DNA of 40,983 bases from a bacterium (GTDB lineage: Bacteria > Cyanobacteriota > Vampirovibrionia > Obscuribacterales > JAKAZS01). Below the pieces are notes generated by a model, which was not told where the DNA came from, searched no databases, and saw nothing but the letters and a program-made list of their open reading frames with translations. The translations under genes were made by a program, and so were the position numbers. This document shows, piece by piece, positions 8,767 to 15,372 of the stretch (position 1 is its first letter; every line of letters starts with the position of its first letter). The DNA lies in assembly GCA_021785395.1 (NCBI GenBank), contig JAJYFO010000002.1:1-40983 (forward strand). Reading direction: 5' to 3'.

Positions 8767-9903
8767 TTACATCATGGGCATGCGCAAGTCTTCGCCAAGT
8801 TCTATTTTTAACTCGTCACCGGGGCGAACTTCGACTTTTTTCCCTTTTTTGGCTAAAAATATGGCGACACCGATGGCTGCACCAACACCAGCGCCAATTA
8901 AAGCTCCGCCGCCTTTGCCGATCGAACTGCTAGCCGAACTACCAGCCAGATATCCGATACCTACACCTAAGGCAGCCGGCAGAACAACCATTGAACTACA
9001 GATGACGACATCTTTTAAGCCACGTTTAGCGTGAACAATGCCACCTCTTGCCACAAGATTCGCGACAATCGGTATTTGGCGGTTATCGGGTGTGGTCACC
9101 GTATCAAATTTCAAAGCTACCGACCCTGATCGGTTAAGATGCTTGGGTGGATTTAATTTGGCAATTCTTCCGCGTATAATAGATCCGGCCGGAACCGCTA
9201 CTTGCCCATCTATGTCTAAGTCCTCGGCTGTGCGGGCTGAAAATTCATCGCTTTCCTGAGATGTATCGCTATCTACGGCTGTGTCCATAATTATAGGAAT
9301 TTTTGTACCAACAGGAACTACTCTAACGTATCCTTGTAAAACTTTATTGGCAATTTTGGTCTTTTCACCGTCTGTTGTTTCAGTGTCATCGGCGCTGTCG
9401 TTTGCATTGGCGGTTTGCGCGTTTTTATCGTCAGCTGTTTCGCTTGAATCAGCTTTGTCAGAGCTAGCCGTTTCGTTAGAATTGTTTGTGTTAGTCTGAT
9501 TGCTGCTAGTGTCTTCGCTTACATTGCTATTACCGGTATCATCACTAGCCGTTGCTTTGCTGTTGGCCGTCTTTTCAGCGCTATCACTTGATTCAGTATT
9601 ATTTGTAGAATCATTTGCTTGGCTTGCAACCTTGTCACTGGCTTTGGTGCTAGTGCCGTCATTCGGCAACGGGGCGTCACTGGTATTAGTGTTATCGCTA
9701 ACAGGTTCTTCTTTAAATAAATTGGGCGAACCGGGCTTATTTGTTGGGGTATCGGCTGAATTGGATGCCGCATCATCATTGCTGTCACCTTGGTAGACTT
9801 TGAAGTTTAAGTTTTGACTATCCTGAGCTAGAGCGTAGGGCAAGGAATGGTTTAAAAATATGCTTAATGCGGTAATTGTAATGACTGATTTTTTAAATTT
9901 CAT
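8767..9903 (-). CDS. Secreted protein: signal peptide, ~150-aa S/T/N/D-rich low-complexity linker, TrbI/VirB10-like beta segment, C-terminal glycine zipper
   Basis: MKFKKSVITITALSIFLNHSLPYALA signal. VPVGTKIPIIMDTAVDSD..VAVPAGSIIRGRI..GSVALKFDTVTTPDNRQIPI resembles the TrbI/VirB10 C-terminal pattern. GGGALIGAGVGAAIGVAIF is a Gly-zipper. Confidence 0.55.
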   Translation of the reverse strand: MKFKKSVITITALSIFLNHSLPYALAQDSQNLNFKVYQGDSNDDAASNSADTPTNKPGSPNLFKEEPVSDNTNTSDAPLPNDGTSTKASDKVASQANDSTNNTESSDSAEKTANSKATASDDTGNSNVSEDTSSNQTNTNNSNETASSDKADSSETADDKNAQTANANDSADDTETTDGEKTKIANKVLQGYVRVVPVGTKIPIIMDTAVDSDTSQESDEFSARTAEDLDIDGQVAVPAGSIIRGRIAKLNPPKHLNRSGSVALKFDTVTTPDNRQIPIVANLVARGGIVHAKRGLKDVVICSSMVVLPAALGVGIGYLAGSSASSSIGKGGGALIGAGVGAAIGVAIFLAKKGKKVEVRPGDELKIELGEDLRMPMM

Positions 9904-10263
9904 TTTTGTATACCTTGTTTGAACGTGACCCCTAAAATTTAAAACCTAGTTATAAAGTATCGTATATATAGGTTGAGCAGTCAAGCAGTTGACTGAATTT
10001 AGTCTAACATTCTTAAAATATTAATCAAATTAAGTGTTTTAAAGAAATCAACAGGAAATATTAATTTTGCTAAATGTATCATTTTTGATATATTTAACAC
10101 ATAGTTTCTGGTGCAATTTTGAGCCAGATTAGACGCAAAATCATAGTGCAATTATGTTTTTAGCTTATATTTTTTTTATTTTAGCTTTATTTATTTTTCT
10201 TTATGATTTTTTATTAACATTTTTTTAATTTCTGCTACAATAAACTTATATGAGGAATTTACA

Positions 10264-12039
10264 TTGATACAGTGCCATATTTGCCAGGTTATGAACGAAG
10301 ACAATGCCAGATTCTGTGCTGAATGTGGTCAAAGATTTGTTAAGGCGACTAATTCTAATATAGAGGCCATTCAGCCTGCTAACTTGACTAATTCAAACCA
10401 GATTAAGACAAATATACTTTGGAACGATGAAGAGATCGAAAATGATGACGATTCTAAAGTTAGTAAGACAGAATTTAGCAATCGGCCGACACTTAAAAGT
10501 AGCAATTCGGCGCAAAATAGTTTAGGATCTAGTAATCCAAATAACCAATCAACGACTAATAAGGAAAATATGACCGATTTTAATAATTCTAACTCCGATA
10601 ATCCGAAATCTTCAAAAATTCGTTTGCACTCTCCGCTTTTAGGCTCAGCCGTCGATAACGATGAGTCTAATGAAGACCAGACCATGTATCCGGTTAATAA
10701 TTCCAAAAATAGAGGTAAGGGAAAATTGCATTCGCCACTTTTAGGCGGCAGTGAAGACGATGACGATTATAATGATGGCGATTATAAAGGTAGTAAACCC
10801 AATATTAACGGTAAAGGTAAATTACATTCGCCCTTATTAGGAGGATCTGGCGATGACGATTTTGATAATTATGGTGACCGTAATTTTAAGGGTAATAAAC
10901 CTGGTACCAGCGGTAAAAGCAAATTACATTCGCCCTTGTTAGGAGGATCTGGCGATGACGATTTTGACAATTATAGTGACCGTAATTCTAAGGGTAATAA
11001 ACCTGGAACCAGCGGTAAAGGTAAATTGCATTCGCCCTTGTTAGGTGGATCTGACGATGACGATTTTGACGATTATAATGACCGCAATTTTAAGGGTAAT
11101 AAACCTGGTGGCATTGGTAAGGGAAAATTACACTCGCCATTACTAGGTGGAGCTGACGATGATTTCGATAATTATGATAACCGCAATTTTAAGGGTAATA
11201 AACCTGGTGGCAGTGGAAAGGGTAAATTGCATTCGCCATTACTAGGTGGAGCTGACGATGATTATTTTGGTAATTATGATGATCGTAATTTTAAGGGTAA
11301 TAAATCTGGCGGCAGCGGCAAGGGGAAATTACATTCACCTTTATTGGGTGATAGTCTGGATAATTTCGATGATGACGACAACTACAGTTATGAAGAAATT
11401 AACGACCCGAATGTGCTCAGATCACCACTTTTATTGTCAAAAGTTCATACCAATGAACCTAAGCAAACAAATTCTAAATTGAATAATATAAATCCGGCCA
11501 AAATTTCCGATATCCAAAATGATGACACAGGCGTTGATTTAAAAAGTAACAGACCGCTTGAAAGTATAGATTCAGTTGATGAATCGCCTAACATTATAAG
11601 TAAATCTAGGACAAATTATGATGAAATTGATATGCCCGGCTTAAGCCAGTCTAAACCTAATACTAAACTAATTAAACCGGACAATCCTAAACCAATCAGT
11701 TCCAATCTATCCCCAAAATTGACCAGGCAAAACCTTTCCCAAATCACTAATGAAGTTGAAGCGGAAATCGATAATTCCAAAAATCGTAGTCCCGTTAAAG
11801 CTAAAAATATGGCCAAAGAAACCGGAAGTTTCCCTAATAGTCTATCTGGAGCAAGGGTTAAAATTAACCCTGCGGCTATTGTAATGATTTCTATAGCATT
11901 ATTCGTTAAAATAGGTTATATTGTTTTAATATTTACACAAAAGCCCCAGGCAATTAATTTAACCTTTTTCGTAAATGAAATTTCGCAAATTTTATTGTTT
12001 GTAGGTTGTTTAATAGCCGTAAATTCAATAAAAAATTAA
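10264..12039 (+). CDS. Zinc-ribbon / tandem-repeat / C-terminal two-TM membrane protein, function unknown
   Basis: N-terminal CHIC..x11..CAEC zinc ribbon. Eight LHSPLLG repeats. C-terminal hydrophobic helices AAIVMISIALFVKIGYIVLIF and ISQILLFVGCLIAV. TTG start with GAGGA 6 nt upstream. Confidence 0.7.
   Translation: MIQCHICQVMNEDNARFCAECGQRFVKATNSNIEAIQPANLTNSNQIKTNILWNDEEIENDDDSKVSKTEFSNRPTLKSSNSAQNSLGSSNPNNQSTTNKENMTDFNNSNSDNPKSSKIRLHSPLLGSAVDNDESNEDQTMYPVNNSKNRGKGKLHSPLLGGSEDDDDYNDGDYKGSKPNINGKGKLHSPLLGGSGDDDFDNYGDRNFKGNKPGTSGKSKLHSPLLGGSGDDDFDNYSDRNSKGNKPGTSGKGKLHSPLLGGSDDDDFDDYNDRNFKGNKPGGIGKGKLHSPLLGGADDDFDNYDNRNFKGNKPGGSGKGKLHSPLLGGADDDYFGNYDDRNFKGNKSGGSGKGKLHSPLLGDSLDNFDDDDNYSYEEINDPNVLRSPLLLSKVHTNEPKQTNSKLNNINPAKISDIQNDDTGVDLKSNRPLESIDSVDESPNIISKSRTNYDEIDMPGLSQSKPNTKLIKPDNPKPISSNLSPKLTRQNLSQITNEVEAEIDNSKNRSPVKAKNMAKETGSFPNSLSGARVKINPAAIVMISIALFVKIGYIVLIFTQKPQAINLTFFVNEISQILLFVGCLIAVNSIKN
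10621..11436 (+). repeat. In-frame tandem coding repeat, unit 96-102 bp (32-34 aa)
   Basis: AAATTRCAYTCGCC (KLHSP) recurs at 10723, 10819, 10921, 11023, 11125, 11224 and 11326, giving spacings of 96, 102, 102, 102, 99 and 102 bp. Diverged copies lie at 10624 and 11416. Confidence 0.9.
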
Positions 12040-12124
12040 AGTTTAATTTTTTTTTATTTTTATTGCTGGCGTAAAAATTAGGCTAAACCTGCGCAAGGAT
12101 TATAAAAACCTTAAAAATGGCTTA

Positions 12125-12154
12125 TTTGACAAATTTAAACAGTTGTCAAATAAT
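12125..12154 (+). promoter_or_regulatory. Candidate sigma-70 promoter overlapped by an 8-bp inverted repeat (possible operator)
   Basis: TTGACA (12126-12131), 17 nt, AATAAT (12149-12154), ~80 nt upstream of ATG 12236. TTTGACAA (12125-12132) and TTGTCAAA (12143-12150) form a perfect inverted repeat with a 10-nt spacer. Confidence 0.4.
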
Positions 12155-12235
12155 AGTATTTGTGAATTTTGTTATTTCCGGCTATTCAATTATAATTAAT
12201 AGATGCTAAATTGGTGAACTAATACTCTCAGACTA

Positions 12236-13582
12236 ATGCCAAAATCATTTTCAACCTTTATATCGATATCTCTCATAAGTTTAATCGTCTTTGAAGAAAC
12301 TACAGCGCTTAATGCATACGCTTCGTTAATGCCTTCGGCTAAACACGTTTCATTTGATACACCATCTTACGAAAAGCTGGACCAAGGTTCTGGACCTCAG
12401 ACTAACGATGGTAATAATAAAAGTGATGAACCTGTCTCTACTAATAATAATGAAAACTCGTCTGATTCAGTAGATGCAAACCAGGCTATCGGTACAAAAT
12501 TTTCTAAGGTTAATGATAATTCGAATCACGAAAATACTGACAGTATAAGCGTAAGCACGCAGCCAGCTAAAACAGCGCCTAATGATTCTATACTAAATAC
12601 AGATATAGTTAATCAGCTCAAACCTCTTAAGTTAACCGACGACGTTAACAGTGGTACCGTTGTTGACACTGATAGTAATGTTGGTGAAAGTCAAAACGGT
12701 GTTTTGAAGTCAACCGTTTGTGCGACTGGATTTGTGCCTAGAGATCCACTGGCGACTGCATCAACCCCAAGTATTCCAACTAGTATTTTGGGACATAAGA
12801 AAAAACCAAAACAGACAATTATAGAACAGGCCAAACAAGTTACTGCTATGCCGCTACCTTTAATAGAAACGAGTGAAGAAACCGACAAAAAAATTGATAC
12901 TATAATTGACTCGGAACGTCAAGAGTTGTCACAGTTATGGGAAGCAACCTTAACACGGTCGCCTGACATTCAGTTTGTCATTCAAAAACTTATGCCCAGT
13001 AATAATAATGGTACCCACGCTACTACTATTTTAATGCGCATGTTAAGTACGGCTATGTTTGGAGCCATGGGCGCTGTAACAATGATGTCGCCAAGTATTG
13101 GTACCTACGCTGCCAGCAGTATGGGTGGCAGTATGGTTATGAATTTGTTGCAGTTACAAGAAGGTAAAAACGCTAAAAAAGCTAAACTCAGCCAGACCGA
13201 GGCTATTATGCTTTACAACATGATAAGAGCCAATGCTGACAGGCTGGTAGATTGTTTCCGTAATTATAAAAAGAATCTGGTTAGCCTGGATAGGGCTAAT
13301 GCCGACCTAAATGATTTGCAGGCGATGGTGTCGGATACGCGCTCTAACCAGGACAGTTCTAAGCAAGTTGATAATGAGTATACTTTGCGCAAGGCTAAAC
13401 GTGACATTGATTCTTTGTCCGAAGAAGTTCGAAGATACCGTCAAAGCCTTGTTGATCTTGCCGGAACAGAAGCGGTGTGTAAGTTAGACAAGCAAATTAA
13501 CGATGAGCAATTAGCTCTCAAAGATCCCGTTGCTAATACTAAAGATAACGTGAAAACAGCTCAAGCCAGTTCTGCTTTATAG
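12236..13582 (+). CDS. Secreted or membrane-associated protein of unknown function: signal peptide, low-complexity region, Met/Gly-rich hydrophobic segment, C-terminal coiled coil
   Basis: Hydrophobic N-terminus FISISLISLIVF..ALNAYA. Segment ILMRMLSTAMFGAMGAVTMMSPSIGTYAASSMGGSMVM. Heptad-like C-terminus. Stop lies 2 nt before sppA. Confidence 0.6.
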   Translation: MPKSFSTFISISLISLIVFEETTALNAYASLMPSAKHVSFDTPSYEKLDQGSGPQTNDGNNKSDEPVSTNNNENSSDSVDANQAIGTKFSKVNDNSNHENTDSISVSTQPAKTAPNDSILNTDIVNQLKPLKLTDDVNSGTVVDTDSNVGESQNGVLKSTVCATGFVPRDPLATASTPSIPTSILGHKKKPKQTIIEQAKQVTAMPLPLIETSEETDKKIDTIIDSERQELSQLWEATLTRSPDIQFVIQKLMPSNNNGTHATTILMRMLSTAMFGAMGAVTMMSPSIGTYAASSMGGSMVMNLLQLQEGKNAKKAKLSQTEAIMLYNMIRANADRLVDCFRNYKKNLVSLDRANADLNDLQAMVSDTRSNQDSSKQVDNEYTLRKAKRDIDSLSEEVRRYRQSLVDLAGTEAVCKLDKQINDEQLALKDPVANTKDNVKTAQASSAL

Positions 13583-13584
13583 AT

Positions 13585-14568
13585 ATGTATTTAAAAAATC
13601 AAGATCGAATTTATATAATTATAATTTTAATCGTTTGTCTTGTATCTGTACCTTTTACATTAAATGCTTTATCTAATCATCAAGATGTCGAAGATAAATC
13701 AGCTAGTGATTATAAAATATCGGTAATAAGTCTAGCTGGGATGATAGCTAATTCCGAAGGTAGCGACTCTATACTGGATTTTGAGTCCAGTGCCTCGCCT
13801 AAAAATGCTCTTAAACTGTTGAAAAAAGCCCTTAAAGATAAACACGTTAAAGCTGTTGTATTAAAAATAAATAGTCCTGGTGGCACAGTTTCAATGTCAC
13901 AGACTATCGCCAAAAAGGTTTGTCAGTTGGTCGCAGCTGATAAATTAGTAGTTGTATCGATGGGTGACTTGGCTGCTTCTGGTGGTTATTATATAGCTTG
14001 TGGTGCCAGTAGAATTTTTGCCGAACCAGGAACTTTAACTGGGTCTATCGGTGTTATTATGGACTTACTAAATTTTACTGGACTAACGCAGAAACTTGGC
14101 ATAACCGCTAACGTTATAAAATCGGGCCCGTTTAAAGATATTGGGTCACCGTTTCGACCTATGACCGAACCCGAGCATAAAATTTTACAGGCCATAATAG
14201 ACGATACTTACAGTCAGTTTGTCGATGCTGTCGCTAAAGGACGTAAAATGCCGATTGATAAAGTAAAGCTAATTGCTAATGGCTCAATATATACTGGTAA
14301 ACAGGCTTTGCAGAATCATCTTATTGACGAATTGGGGGATTATGATGATGCTTTAGATTATGCGCAAAAATACTGTCAGCAAAAATACCATTTAAATGAA
14401 AAATTAAAAGTCGATAAAAACCATGGTAGCCTGATTTTTGAAGATTTAGAGGCTAATATGCACAGCTTTAATTTGCCTATAAGAACCGGTTCAACAATAT
14501 TTAGTGATAACGATTATGTTTCATTTATTAAACGTTATAATCATGTTCCTTTATGGATTATGCAATGA
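13585..14568 (+). CDS. sppA: Signal peptide peptidase SppA (36K type, ClpP/crotonase fold)
   Basis: KAVVLKINSPGG and LAASGGYYIACGASRIFAEPGTLTGSIGV (Ser nucleophile context). N-terminal TM anchor. Confidence 0.9.
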   Translation: MYLKNQDRIYIIIILIVCLVSVPFTLNALSNHQDVEDKSASDYKISVISLAGMIANSEGSDSILDFESSASPKNALKLLKKALKDKHVKAVVLKINSPGGTVSMSQTIAKKVCQLVAADKLVVVSMGDLAASGGYYIACGASRIFAEPGTLTGSIGVIMDLLNFTGLTQKLGITANVIKSGPFKDIGSPFRPMTEPEHKILQAIIDDTYSQFVDAVAKGRKMPIDKVKLIANGSIYTGKQALQNHLIDELGDYDDALDYAQKYCQQKYHLNEKLKVDKNHGSLIFEDLEANMHSFNLPIRTGSTIFSDNDYVSFIKRYNHVPLWIMQ

Positions 14569-15053
14569 ATAAAACTATGGAATTACTCAAAAACATAATT
14601 CTTATAAGTTTAGATTTATTTTATTTTACTTTAGTCAATTCTGAAATGGCTTTTAGATTGATTTATTTTAGTTCTTTTTTTACAACAAGAATAAGTTTAA
14701 TACTGGGTAGTTTAATTTATCTTGTAGCCTATTTCTTGATTTACTTATTTAGACATTATTATACTGCGGTATTTTTGTTTGTAATTTTTATACAGCTGTT
14801 CTATCTAGCGTTGATTTTTACATTATGCAAAATAACTAAAATAGGTGATTTGTTAAATAATAGCCATCTTTACTTAAGTTCTGCATTATTGCTTTTGCCG
14901 GTGTTCTTTATTTCTGTTTTGGGAATTTTTGACCAATTTTTTGACGCGCAAGGCTATATAATGCTTTTAATAATTGAAATATGGATAGTTAGAATTGCAA
15001 CCGACCATTTTAAATTTTTATTGGCGTTAAATAAAGAATTAGAAATTGCATAA
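14565..15053 (+). CDS. Small polytopic membrane protein, unknown function
   Basis: Four to five hydrophobic helices. ATG 14565 overlaps the sppA TGA as ATGA. An alternative in-frame ATG exists at 14553. Confidence 0.55.
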   Translation: MNKTMELLKNIILISLDLFYFTLVNSEMAFRLIYFSSFFTTRISLILGSLIYLVAYFLIYLFRHYYTAVFLFVIFIQLFYLALIFTLCKITKIGDLLNNSHLYLSSALLLLPVFFISVLGIFDQFFDAQGYIMLLIIEIWIVRIATDHFKFLLALNKELEIA

Positions 15054-15059
15054 ATATAG

Positions 15060-15353
15060 TTATTTTAACTTGATGCAATAGTCATATAAAGCTTTTAAGT
15101 CTTCTTTATTGTTTGCAATATTAGGAAAAGCTGGCATAACTCCAACACCATACTTTAGTTGTTCAGCAAAAGTATTAAAATTATTTAAAATAGGAGAACC
15201 AATAATTGGTTTGCTTGGTGCTAATTTGTTGAGACCGTTTATATGACAAGAAGAACAGTTCTCTTTAAATATTTTTTCACCTGTATTAGCATAAACCAGG
15301 TTTTGATTCATCAGAATATTCAAAATTATAAAATGTAAAATTGATTTGTTCAT
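15060..15353 (-). CDS. Small monohaem class-I c-type cytochrome (c6/c553-like) with signal peptide
   Basis: CSSCH haem-binding motif and a distal VMPAF Met ligand context. Signal peptide MNKSILHFIILNILMNQNLVYA. ATG 15353 has GGAGG 7 nt upstream. The longer ORF start at 15461 would overlap the upstream gene and is rejected. Confidence 0.8.
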   Translation of the reverse strand: MNKSILHFIILNILMNQNLVYANTGEKIFKENCSSCHINGLNKLAPSKPIIGSPILNNFNTFAEQLKYGVGVMPAFPNIANNKEDLKALYDYCIKLK

Positions 15354-15372
15354 TGAGTACCTCCAATAAAAA

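Noticed and set aside
8774-9796. A run of plus-strand ORFs (8751..8933, 8774..9034, 9038..9259, 9281..9499, 9500..9796) and an alternative minus-frame ORF (9519..9788), all within the 8767..9903 gene
   Set aside because: They lie entirely within the low-complexity S/T/N/D-rich and Gly-rich coding region of the minus-strand gene. Their translations are Ala/Ser/Leu/Pro-rich mirror products, they have no SD, and they show no family resemblance. They are compositional artefacts.
10621-11436. Regularly spaced ~100-bp repeats considered as a possible CRISPR-like or satellite array
   Set aside because: The units are contiguous with no unique spacers, stay in one open reading frame and encode a conserved peptide. 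This is a coding tandem repeat, not a CRISPR array.
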